From Tubiluchus corallicola (Eukaryota > Animalia > Priapulida): a stretch of 25,461 nt of DNA. Shown here piece after piece: positions 16,777-25,461 of the stretch. The notes below the pieces were generated by a model. The model did no database searches. It worked only from the letters and a program-made list of their open reading frames with translations, and had not been told where the DNA came from. Every line of letters starts with the position of its first letter. Position 1 is the first letter of the stretch. The translations under genes were made by a program, and so were the position numbers. The DNA is taken from NCBI GenBank assembly GCA_030141605.1, contig JAQGDQ010000270.1, positions 203,020 through 228,480 on the forward strand, read 5' to 3'.

Positions 16777-17739
16777 ATGAAGGATAATAGACGAACTTGT
16801 ATAGGCCGGTGCTGCGGAGGTGTTGTGCTGTTTATTGCCATTTTAATATTGCTCTCTGCATCTATTGCTGGGACCAAGAGGCTTTATGAGCCGCCTACGG
16901 ATTCAAAAGAGTCGTGGTTGAAGGTAGTAGATGTTCCTGATACTCCCGATAAGCTTGATTTTGCTGGGGAGCCTGTACCGTTGGGGAATTTTGATGTTGT
17001 AGAGTCTTTAGACAGGGAGATGTTGGTAAATTCGAATTTTCACTCACAGACTATTATGTATATTAAGCGGGCTCCCAAGTATTTTAAGATAGTTGAGCCT
17101 ATCTTGAAACAAAATGGGGTTCCTGAAGATTTTAAGTTTCTTGCGCTTGCAGAGAGTGGTTATTATGACCGTGCTATTTCTTCATCTAGGGCGGTGGGTA
17201 TATGGCAGTTTATGAAGGGTGCTGCTCGTGAGAACGGCTTGGAGGTGAATGATGAGGTTGATGAGCGCTACCACATAGAGAAGGCGACTCATGCTGCTTG
17301 TAAATATCTTAAGACATCCTATAAGAGGTATGGGAACTGGACAGTTGTGGCAGCATCGTATAATGTAGGCCGAAGTGGAATAGAGCGGCAAATGAAGCGG
17401 CAAAAGTCAAATTGTTATTACGATTTGTTGTTAAATGAGGAGACCTCCAGGTATATATATCGCATATTGGCACTGAAGCTGATTATAGGTGATCCTGAGA
17501 AGTATGGTTTTTCTGTTGAAAATAAGTATCCAATAATTCCGTATAAGGAGGTGGAGATATCCGGTAGTGTGGAAAATTTTGCTGATTTTGCTCATGAGCA
17601 CGGAATTAATTATAAGATATTGAAGTATTTTAACCCCTGGCTAAGGAGGTCATACCTTAAGAATCCCAAAGGTAAGAGTTATAAGGTGAAGATACCGGAT
17701 CCTGGCTACAGGAGCTATACCACCAATAGGGAAGAGTAG
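16777..17739 (+). CDS. Lytic transglycosylase (SLT domain, MltD-like)
   Basis: LALAES catalytic Glu, AVGIWQFM, VDERY, AASYNVG, ETSRY, NPWL. N-terminal hydrophobic anchor. Confidence 0.92.
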   Translation: MKDNRRTCIGRCCGGVVLFIAILILLSASIAGTKRLYEPPTDSKESWLKVVDVPDTPDKLDFAGEPVPLGNFDVVESLDREMLVNSNFHSQTIMYIKRAPKYFKIVEPILKQNGVPEDFKFLALAESGYYDRAISSSRAVGIWQFMKGAARENGLEVNDEVDERYHIEKATHAACKYLKTSYKRYGNWTVVAASYNVGRSGIERQMKRQKSNCYYDLLLNEETSRYIYRILALKLIIGDPEKYGFSVENKYPIIPYKEVEISGSVENFADFAHEHGINYKILKYFNPWLRRSYLKNPKGKSYKVKIPDPGYRSYTTNREE

Positions 17740-17786
17740 TTAGCGGGCAATGTTTTAAAGCAAGTATAGTATATCTGAGAATTCAA

Positions 17787-20624
17787 ATGAGCGGAGAGGA
17801 AAAAATTGTGGTAAGGGGTGCTCGTGAACACAACCTTCAGAATATTTATGTGGAAATACCCCGTAACAGGTTTACTGTTATAACAGGGTTGAGCGGTAGT
17901 GGAAAGTCATCTCTGGCTTTTGATACTATTTATGCAGAGGGGCAGAGGCGCTACATGGAAACTTTTTCTGCATATGCCCGGTCTTATTTTGGCAATATGG
18001 AGCGTCCGGATGTTGATGAGATTAGCGGGCTGAGTCCGGTAATTTCAATAGAACAGAAGACGACTAATTACAATCCCCGCTCTACGGTTGGGACTGTTAC
18101 TGAGATATACGATTTTTTGCGTTTGCTGTTTGCGCGGATAGGTGTTGCCCACTCGTACAATACCGGGGAGAAGATGGTGAAGTACACAGATGAGCAGGTA
18201 ACCAATCTTATTGAAGATAAGTTTGTTGGCCGGCATGTGGTGATTTTATCACCTGTTGTTAAGGGAAGGAAGGGGCACTACAGGGAGCTTTTTGAGCAGA
18301 TTTTAAGGAAGGGTTTTTTGCATGCCAGGGTTGACGGTGAAGTATCCAGGCTGAAGTACGGGATGCATGTTGACCGGTATAAGAATCACGATATTGAGAT
18401 TGTAATAGATAAGCTGATGATAGATAAGTCTGACAGGAAAAGGCTTAGTGCTTCTATTATTACAGCGATGAGACATGGGGGTGGGGTGTTAATGATTCTT
18501 GATAAAGAGAGTGGGGAGGCGAAGTATTATTCTCGGCATTTGATGTGTCCTGCCACCGGTATATCCTACAATGAGCCGGCCCCACACAGTTTTTCATTTA
18601 ATTCTCCTCAGGGAGCGTGTGAGAGTTGTAACGGGTTGGGAGAGGTAACAGAGATTGATAAGAATAAGATAGTTCCCAATCCGGATTTAAGTATTGCGAA
18701 GGGGGGGATTCTTCCACTGGGGAAATACCGGAGTTCATTAATTTTTTGGCAGATTGAGGCGATTGCAGAGAAGTATGGGTTTTCTTTAAAGACCCCTATA
18801 GGCAAGATACCTGAAGAGGCTATGAACGTTGTTCTTTTTGGCACAAATGAGCGTTTGAGCTTGAAAAATATCCCATTGGGAGAGAACAGGCGTTATATGA
18901 TGAGTTATGATGGGGTAGTGAAGTATGTAGCGAGTAACAGAAGTGAGAACAGTTCTGGGAAGGTTAGCAAGTGGGCGGAGCAGTTTCTCAAAGTTATGGT
19001 ATGTCCTGAATGTAAAGGGCAGCGGCTTAAAAAAGAGTCTCTCCACTTTATGGTAGCCGATAAAAATATTGCAGAGTTATCCGGTATGGATATTGGGGAG
19101 CTATATTCGTTTTTTACTGATGTGGAGAAGAGTTTTAGCCACAGGCAGCTTAAGATAGGGAAGGAGATAGTGAGGGAGATACAGGGGCGGTTGCAGTTTC
19201 TTCTTGATGTTGGGTTAAACTATCTATCGCTCAATCGTTCATCAAAGAGCTTGTCAGGAGGGGAGTCTCAGCGCATACGGCTGGCCACACAGATAGGGTC
19301 ACAATTGGTAAATGTGCTATATATACTTGATGAGCCAAGTATAGGGCTTCATCACAGAGACAATCTTAAGCTGATCGGCTCTTTGCAAAAGCTGAGAGAT
19401 ACCGGAAATTCAGTTGTTGTTGTAGAGCACGACAAGGATATGATGATGAAAGCCGACTACATTGTTGATATGGGGCCTTTTGCCGGAAGGCATGGCGGCA
19501 AAATTGTTGCTTGCGGTGAGCCTCAAACTGTTTTGAAGTCGGGGACATTAACATCTGAGTATTTGAGTGGTAAAAAAAGGATTGATATACCTAAAGCCAG
19601 GAGAGAGGGTAGGGGTGCTTCTCTTAAGTTGTTTGGTGCCAGTGGAAATAATTTGAAAGATGTGGATGTAGAGTTTCCTCTTGGAAAGTTTATATGTGTA
19701 ACGGGGGTGTCTGGTAGCGGGAAGTCAACTCTTGTGAATGAAACATTACAGCCGATATTAAGCCGGCATTTCTACAATTCTGTTAAGGAGCCACTGAGAT
19801 ACAAGAGCGTATCAGGGCTGGAGCATATTGATAAAGTTGTTCAAGTTGATCAGTCTCCGCTCGGTAGAACTCCTCGTTCTAATCCCGTAACATATACGGG
19901 GGTATTTTCTGATATACGCAATCTGTTTACTCAACTACCGGAGTCGAAGATACGGGGGTATAAGCCTGGCCGTTTTTCATTTAATGTGAAAGGGGGCAGG
20001 TGTGAAGCGTGCCAGGGGGCGGGTTTAAGGGCTATTGAAATGAATTTTTTGCCGGATGTATATGTTAACTGTGATAGGTGTAACGGCAAAAGGTATAATA
20101 GGGAAACTCTTGAGGTTAGGTTTAAAGGAAAGTCGATAAGCGATGTGCTGGATATGACTATCAATCAGGGAGTAGAGTTTTTTTGTAATGTGCCCTCTAT
20201 AGTAAATAAATTGAAGATGATACAGGATGTCGGGCTCGGATATATTACTCTTGGTCAGCCATCAACAACGCTGTCAGGAGGGGAGTCGCAGCGTGTTAAG
20301 CTATCATCGGAGTTGAGTAAGCGTGATACGGGAAAAACTGTATATATCCTTGATGAGCCAACAACGGGTCTGCATTTTGAGGATATAAGGGTCTTGCTTG
20401 AGGTGTTGAGTAAGCTGGTAAACAGGGGTAATACTATTATTGTGATAGAGCATAATATGGATGTTATAAAGATGGCAGACCATATTATAGATATAGGTCC
20501 AGAAGGAGGAGGGGAGGGAGGAAGAGTCTTGTGTGAAGGCACACCGGAGGAGGTTATTGGTGTTTCGAACTCTTATACTGCACAATTTTTGAAGGAGGAG
20601 CTAGAGGAGGGCCAGAGTACATAG
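17787..20624 (+). CDS. uvrA: Excinuclease ABC subunit A
   Basis: GAREHNL, two Walker A motifs (GLSGSGKSS, GVSGSGKST), two LSGGE signatures, Zn-finger CxxC pairs. Confidence 0.98.
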   Translation: MSGEEKIVVRGAREHNLQNIYVEIPRNRFTVITGLSGSGKSSLAFDTIYAEGQRRYMETFSAYARSYFGNMERPDVDEISGLSPVISIEQKTTNYNPRSTVGTVTEIYDFLRLLFARIGVAHSYNTGEKMVKYTDEQVTNLIEDKFVGRHVVILSPVVKGRKGHYRELFEQILRKGFLHARVDGEVSRLKYGMHVDRYKNHDIEIVIDKLMIDKSDRKRLSASIITAMRHGGGVLMILDKESGEAKYYSRHLMCPATGISYNEPAPHSFSFNSPQGACESCNGLGEVTEIDKNKIVPNPDLSIAKGGILPLGKYRSSLIFWQIEAIAEKYGFSLKTPIGKIPEEAMNVVLFGTNERLSLKNIPLGENRRYMMSYDGVVKYVASNRSENSSGKVSKWAEQFLKVMVCPECKGQRLKKESLHFMVADKNIAELSGMDIGELYSFFTDVEKSFSHRQLKIGKEIVREIQGRLQFLLDVGLNYLSLNRSSKSLSGGESQRIRLATQIGSQLVNVLYILDEPSIGLHHRDNLKLIGSLQKLRDTGNSVVVVEHDKDMMMKADYIVDMGPFAGRHGGKIVACGEPQTVLKSGTLTSEYLSGKKRIDIPKARREGRGASLKLFGASGNNLKDVDVEFPLGKFICVTGVSGSGKSTLVNETLQPILSRHFYNSVKEPLRYKSVSGLEHIDKVVQVDQSPLGRTPRSNPVTYTGVFSDIRNLFTQLPESKIRGYKPGRFSFNVKGGRCEACQGAGLRAIEMNFLPDVYVNCDRCNGKRYNRETLEVRFKGKSISDVLDMTINQGVEFFCNVPSIVNKLKMIQDVGLGYITLGQPSTTLSGGESQRVKLSSELSKRDTGKTVYILDEPTTGLHFEDIRVLLEVLSKLVNRGNTIIVIEHNMDVIKMADHIIDIGPEGGGEGGRVLCEGTPEEVIGVSNSYTAQFLKEELEEGQST

Positions 20625-20678
20625 GTGCTATAGAAGGTTATAATGGTTTTAAGTTGTTATCTACTTTAATCCTGCACA

Positions 20679-22343
20679 ATGGGTAATATCGAGGTTCAAT
20701 GTAAAAATACGGAGAGTACATATCAGTACTCTTTGGGGACAACTCTTGCTGAGATTGCCAGAGATATACGGGTTGAGTTGGACGGGCCTGTTCTTGGCGC
20801 GTATGTAAATAATAAGGTGAAGCCTCTGGGTTTTAAGATTGTCAAGCCTAAAGTGATAGAGTTTTTTGGATACTCTTCGGTAGATGGGCGCAGAATGTAT
20901 TTACGCACTTTGTCATTTGTGCTTTATGCTGTTTTACGCGATTTATGGCCAAAGGCAAGGTTGAAAATAGATTATGCAATTTCGAAGGGGTATTATTGTG
21001 AGATAGAGGGTTTGGGGCGTGATCTTACGGATGGGGATGTGGAGGCTTTGAGGGTGGAGATGCTGGGTTTGATAGATAGGGATTTGCCTATTGTAGTGGA
21101 GAGAGTTATGACAGATAGGGCTGTTGAAAGGTTCAAGAGGGAGGGGTTGTATAGGAAGGCAGAGCTGTTTAGATGCTATGGATGCCTTTATGCCCCGCTA
21201 GTTTCCCTTGGCAAGTATGCGAATTTTTTCTATGGGCACATGTTGTTATCAACAGGCTATCTTGGAAAATTTGATGTTGAGAAGTACTGTGATGGCCTTT
21301 TATTAAGGGTTCCTCAGGCCAATGATACCAGCAAGCTTGAGCCTGTTGTTAAACAGGATAAGCTTTTTGGGATTTTTAAGGAGCATAAGGCTTGGGCCGG
21401 AATACTACATATTAGAGATGTTGCAGGGCTCAATAAGAGTATAGGCAAGCGAAACGGGAGTGAGGTTATAAAGATTTCAGAGGCGTTACATGAGAGAAAG
21501 ATAGTGGAGATTGCGAATAGTATTTTTGCCCGGAGGGATGAGGTTAGGGTGGTGATGGTTGCCGGTCCGTCAAGTTCAGGTAAGACAACATTTAGTAAGC
21601 GCTTAGGTGTTCAACTGTCTGTGTGTGGAGTTCGTCCTGTATCGATATCTATGGATGATTTTTTTCTGGACAGGGAGCTCACACCTGTTAATGAAGATGG
21701 GGAGCCTGATTTTGAGGCCTTAGAGGCGGTGGATATTCCCCTTTTCAGGAAGTTTTTGCGAGAGGCGCTTTTGGGGAAAGAGGTAGAGGTTCCACGTTTT
21801 GATTTCCAGACTGGCCGCCGTATACATAGTGGCCAGAAGCTAAAGCTGGGGAAGGATGATATTCTTATTATTGAAGGAATACATGGGCTGGATCCTGCCG
21901 TTTTACCAGATGGGGGTAAGCGAGGTGTGTTCTCTATTTTTATTTCTGTGCTCACCCAAATATCTATTGACGACCATAACTATATTTCAACTGCTGACAA
22001 CCGCCTGTTGAGGCGAATCATTCGCGATAACCAGTACAGGGGAAGTGATGTGCGGACTACGATAGAGCGGTGGACAAGTGTGAGAAGGGGGGAGGAAAAG
22101 CATATTTTCCCATATCAGGAAAATGCGGATGAAATGTTTAATTCTGCTCTTATTTACGAGCTTGGAGTATTGAAGGTTTATGTGGAGCCGCTTTTGAAAT
22201 CCGTAAAAGAAAATACAAGAGAGTATTCGGAGGCTGTAAGGTTACTGAATTTTATTTCTTACATTAATCCGATAACAGAGAAAGAGATTCCCCCTACATC
22301 TGTTTTGCGTGAGTTTCTTGGAGGGAGTAGTTTTGTTTATTAG
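20679..22343 (+). CDS. Nucleoside (uridine) kinase family protein with N-terminal ThrRS-like TGS/editing region
   Basis: AGPSSSGKTT P-loop, SMDDFF, IIEGIHGL, RLLRRIIRD, FPYQENAD, REFLGGS. N-terminal 'MYLRTLSF' ThrRS-like region. Confidence 0.88.
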   Translation: MGNIEVQCKNTESTYQYSLGTTLAEIARDIRVELDGPVLGAYVNNKVKPLGFKIVKPKVIEFFGYSSVDGRRMYLRTLSFVLYAVLRDLWPKARLKIDYAISKGYYCEIEGLGRDLTDGDVEALRVEMLGLIDRDLPIVVERVMTDRAVERFKREGLYRKAELFRCYGCLYAPLVSLGKYANFFYGHMLLSTGYLGKFDVEKYCDGLLLRVPQANDTSKLEPVVKQDKLFGIFKEHKAWAGILHIRDVAGLNKSIGKRNGSEVIKISEALHERKIVEIANSIFARRDEVRVVMVAGPSSSGKTTFSKRLGVQLSVCGVRPVSISMDDFFLDRELTPVNEDGEPDFEALEAVDIPLFRKFLREALLGKEVEVPRFDFQTGRRIHSGQKLKLGKDDILIIEGIHGLDPAVLPDGGKRGVFSIFISVLTQISIDDHNYISTADNRLLRRIIRDNQYRGSDVRTTIERWTSVRRGEEKHIFPYQENADEMFNSALIYELGVLKVYVEPLLKSVKENTREYSEAVRLLNFISYINPITEKEIPPTSVLREFLGGSSFVY

Positions 22344-22486
22344 TGATTTAATGAAGAGCTTTAGCAGTAATTGCTAAGGTACCCGGAAGTGGAAGGAGCT
22401 ATCTCTTTTTTTCTATATTTGATATTTTTTATTTTCCTTAGTGTGTAGAGTGTTTACAAATTTGTTTATGTATTTTTATTGAAATT

Positions 22487-23260
22487 ATGAAAGTGATTAT
22501 TCTTGCCGGAGGGCTTGGTTCTCGCCTGTCTGAGGAGACCATTCAGAAACCAAAACCCATGGTTGAGATTGGAGAAAAGCCTATTCTCTGGCATATTATG
22601 AAGATATATTCACATAGTGGGTTTAATGAGTTCATTATTCTGTGTGGTTATAAAGGGTACATGATTAAAGAGTATTTTGCTAATTATTACCGGCACACGT
22701 CTGATATGACCATAGATATAAGCTCCAATAGTGTTACCCATCTCAATAGTCATGCTGAGCCATGGAAAGTAACATTGATAGATACCGGTCTGGAAGCGAT
22801 GACGGGCAGCCGAATAATGAAAGTGAAAAAGTATATTGATAATAAGCCATTTATGCTTACCTATGGGGATGCTGTTTCCGATATTGATATTTTAGAGCTG
22901 GTAAAGTTTCACCAGTTACATGATAAAACTATTACTATAACTTCTGTACAGCCTGAGGGGCGTTACGGTTCTCTGGTTGTTGATGAGCAAGGGCTGGTTA
23001 CTTCATTTCAGGAAAAACCGAAAGAGGGTGGGGCGTGGATCAATGCGGGTTTTTTTGTGTGTCAGCCAGAAGTGTTCGACTATATTCCCCAAGGAGATAA
23101 TGTTGTTTTTGAGCGAGAGCCGTTGGAAAAGATGGCAAAGGCTGGAGAGCTGTTAGCTTACAAACATAAAGGTTTTTGGAAGTCGATGGATACTCAGCGA
23201 GACAAGTTCAGGCTGGAGGAGTTAATTGAAAGGGGTAAGTCTCCATGGATTAAATGGTAG
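22487..23260 (+). CDS. rfbF: Glucose-1-phosphate cytidylyltransferase
   Basis: ILAGGLGSRLSEET..KPKPMVEIG, LTYGD, WINAGFF, HKGFW..MDT. Upstream of rfbG. Confidence 0.95.
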   Translation: MKVIILAGGLGSRLSEETIQKPKPMVEIGEKPILWHIMKIYSHSGFNEFIILCGYKGYMIKEYFANYYRHTSDMTIDISSNSVTHLNSHAEPWKVTLIDTGLEAMTGSRIMKVKKYIDNKPFMLTYGDAVSDIDILELVKFHQLHDKTITITSVQPEGRYGSLVVDEQGLVTSFQEKPKEGGAWINAGFFVCQPEVFDYIPQGDNVVFEREPLEKMAKAGELLAYKHKGFWKSMDTQRDKFRLEELIERGKSPWIKW

Positions 23261-23356
23261 AGCCTATTCAATAAAATATACTATGCAAGCTACTATTGTG
23301 TAGTTTTGTTGTCTTTTTTTAATTTTAGGAAGAGTAATTTAGCGAGTCTTTTTAGT

Positions 23357-24433
23357 ATGCATAGAGTTTTTAATGGTATATACAGAGATCGAAAGGTACT
23401 TATAACGGGTCATACTGGCTTTAAAGGTTCCTGGTTGAGTTTGCTTCTTCATAAGTTGGGGGCAGATGTCTATGGGTATGCCCTTGAACCATTAACTACT
23501 CCCAGTCTGTTTAGAGAGGCAAAAATCGAAGGTCTTATCACTTCCTACATTGGGGATATTTGTGATTATGATAATTTGCTTGAAGTGTTAAAGCAGGTAG
23601 AGCCGGAAATAGTTATTCATATGGCTGCTCAGTCATTAGTTCGCGAGTCGTACAAGGCACCTGTTGAGACCTACTCGGTGAATGTAATGGGGAGTGTTCA
23701 TCTGTTGGAGGCTTGTCGTTATGTTTCGAGTGTTAAAGCCATTGTAAATGTAACTACTGATAAGTGTTATGAAAATAGGGAGTGGTACTGGGGTTATCGT
23801 GAGAATGAACCGATGGGAGGTAACGATCCATACTCCAGTAGTAAAGGGTGCTCGGAGTTGGTGACATCTACTTACCGTAACTCCTATTTTAATCCCAAAG
23901 AGTATGATAAACATGGTGTGGCATTGGCCTCTGCACGTGCGGGAAATGCTATTGGTGGTGGTGACTGGGCCAACGACCGCCTAGTACCTGATTTTATTCG
24001 TGCTGTTTCCAGTCAGGAGAAGGTAAAGATTCGATATCCGCATGCAGTTCGCCCATGGCAGCATGTGCTTGAGCCGTTAGCGGGGTATTTAAAATTGGCA
24101 TCTATGTTGTATGTTGAGGGTTGCAAGTACTCGGGAGGGTGGAATTTTGGGCCAGATGAATCAGATGTGAGAAGTGTTAAATGGGTTGTTCAAAACATTT
24201 GTGATCTTTGGGGGAATGATGCCTCTTTTGAAGTTGATACGCTTCATCAGTCGATTTATGAAGCCAATCATCTTAAGCTGGATTGTTCAAAAGCTAAAAC
24301 GGAGTTAAACTGGACACCTAAGTGGAGCATTAAGTCCGCCCTAAGAAATGTTGTTGAATGGAACAAAGCGTTTAGCAATGGGGAGAATGCAAGAGAGGTA
24401 ACGCTGGCTCAGATTACTCAATATTTTTCATAA
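23357..24433 (+). CDS. rfbG: CDP-glucose 4,6-dehydratase
   Basis: ITGHTGFKGSWL, HMAAQ, TTDKCY, YSSSK, RAGN.IGGGDW, RPWQHVLEPL. ATG at 23357. Confidence 0.95.
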   Translation: MHRVFNGIYRDRKVLITGHTGFKGSWLSLLLHKLGADVYGYALEPLTTPSLFREAKIEGLITSYIGDICDYDNLLEVLKQVEPEIVIHMAAQSLVRESYKAPVETYSVNVMGSVHLLEACRYVSSVKAIVNVTTDKCYENREWYWGYRENEPMGGNDPYSSSKGCSELVTSTYRNSYFNPKEYDKHGVALASARAGNAIGGGDWANDRLVPDFIRAVSSQEKVKIRYPHAVRPWQHVLEPLAGYLKLASMLYVEGCKYSGGWNFGPDESDVRSVKWVVQNICDLWGNDASFEVDTLHQSIYEANHLKLDCSKAKTELNWTPKWSIKSALRNVVEWNKAFSNGENAREVTLAQITQYFS

Positions 24434-24453
24434 TCTATAAATTTGGTTAGAGC

Positions 24454-25461
24454 ATGACAGATTGCAATCAACTTCGGAAAGATATTATTTTAAAGACAAA
24501 GGAGTACTACCAGGCGTGCTTTGCGGAGAGGGAGTTTATTCCTGGCAAAACATGGGTGAGTTACGCTGGGCGTGTTTTTGATGAGAAGGAGATTTGTAAC
24601 GCTGTTGAGGCCTCTTTGGATTTCTGGTTAACAGAAGGTAGGTATGCCAAGAGGTTTTCGAAGCAAATTGCTGATTTTTTGGATGTTGAGCATGTGATGT
24701 TGACCAGTTCTGGCTCATCTGCGAACTTGCTGGCTTTTTCGGCGTTGACTTCAGATAAGCTGGGAGATAGGAGGCTGAAGGCGGGAGATGAAGTTATTTC
24801 TGTAGCAGCAGGATTTCCCACTACCGTTGCTCCTATTATGCAGTATGGCTTAGTTCCTGTTTTTATTGATGTTGATATTCCGACATACAATATCAACATT
24901 GAGATGATGCAAGCAGCAATAACTTCCAAGACTCGTTGTATTTTTATTGCACATACACTTGGGAACCCATTTGATATTGATGAGGTAATGCGGTTGGCGA
25001 AGAAGTATAATTTGTGGGTTATTGAGGATAATTGTGATGCATTAGGGAGTGAGTACAAAGGGAAAAGGACTGGCTCATATGCGCATCTGTCAACACTATC
25101 ATTTTATCCGGCTCATCATATTACGACAGGCGAAGGAGGGGCAGTATGCACTAAGGATCCGCAATTGGCATCTCTGGTGAGAACATTCAGGGACTGGGGT
25201 AGGGACTGCTACTGTACAGGAGGGAAGAGTAGTACCTGTGGAAAGCGCTTTTCTCAATCATTTGGTAATTTGCCACACGGCTTTGATCATAAGTATGTTT
25301 ATTCAGAGGTTGGTTATAATTTAAAGATAACTGATATTCAGGCTGCTATAGGTGTTGCTCAGATTGACAAACTTGCTGAGTTTTGTGCCAGGCGGAAAGA
25401 AAACTTCAAGAGATGGGTTCATATTTTTACAAAGTATCATAACTATTTTATTTTACCTAAG
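24454..25461 (+). CDS. rfbH: CDP-4-keto-6-deoxy-D-glucose 3-dehydrase (E1), truncated by window end
   Basis: Manual translation from ATG 24454: MTDCNQLRKDI...SLDFWLTEGR...SGSSANLLA...AHTLGNPF...EDNCDA...SFYPAHHITTGEGG...RDWGRDCYC. Absent from the ORF track because it has no stop in the window. Confidence 0.93.
   Translation, partial: MTDCNQLRKDIILKTKEYYQACFAEREFIPGKTWVSYAGRVFDEKEICNAVEASLDFWLTEGRYAKRFSKQIADFLDVEHVMLTSSGSSANLLAFSALTSDKLGDRRLKAGDEVISVAAGFPTTVAPIMQYGLVPVFIDVDIPTYNINIEMMQAAITSKTRCIFIAHTLGNPFDIDEVMRLAKKYNLWVIEDNCDALGSEYKGKRTGSYAHLSTLSFYPAHHITTGEGGAVCTKDPQLASLVRTFRDWGRDCYCTGGKSSTCGKRFSQSFGNLPHGFDHKYVYSEVGYNLKITDIQAAIGVAQIDKLAEFCARRKENFKRWVHIFTKYHNYFILPK

Noticed and set aside
20679-22343. 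ThrRS-like N-terminus fused to a kinase as a novel fusion
   Set aside because: A known, widespread architecture in Bacteroidota, Thermotogota and Spirochaetota.
22359-22405. Hairpin CTTTAGCAG/TTGCTAAGG as an ops/UpxY antitermination element for the rfb locus
   Set aside because: No upxY/nusG paralogue is adjacent and there is no motif I can match confidently; may be a weak terminator.
24536-25058. Minus-strand ORFs 24536..24718 and 24561..25058
   Set aside because: Antisense shadows of rfbH.

Overview
Bacteroidota-type chromosomal window (TAnnTTTG promoters, GENNYALAA tmRNA tag, Bacteroidota-style sigma70 and Rho). Bases ~6225-25461 are core genome: ssrA, rpe, a sigma70 factor, rho (with a 9x30-bp Q-rich repeat), an M48 peptidase, folD, ffh, argS, a lytic transglycosylase, uvrA, a TGS-fused nucleoside kinase and the start of a CDP-3,6-dideoxyhexose locus (rfbF-rfbG-rfbH). 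Bases 1-~6226 are an AT-rich accessory island abutting the tmRNA 3' end. It carries a frameshifted large serine recombinase whose frame runs antisense into the tmRNA, a large palindromic non-coding region and an MNT-HEPN fusion. Its most notable content is an apparent non-canonical integron-like platform. A frameshifted tyrosine recombinase with an extra N-terminal domain and no IntI-specific insertion is followed ~40 bp after its stop codon by a GTTATGC core site. A co-oriented ~1.3-kb cassette (lipoprotein/toxin-like pseudogene, small membrane protein, MITE) follows and ends in the exactly complementary GCATAAC of an attC-like site that runs off the left edge. All family assignments are from motif recognition, not database searches.
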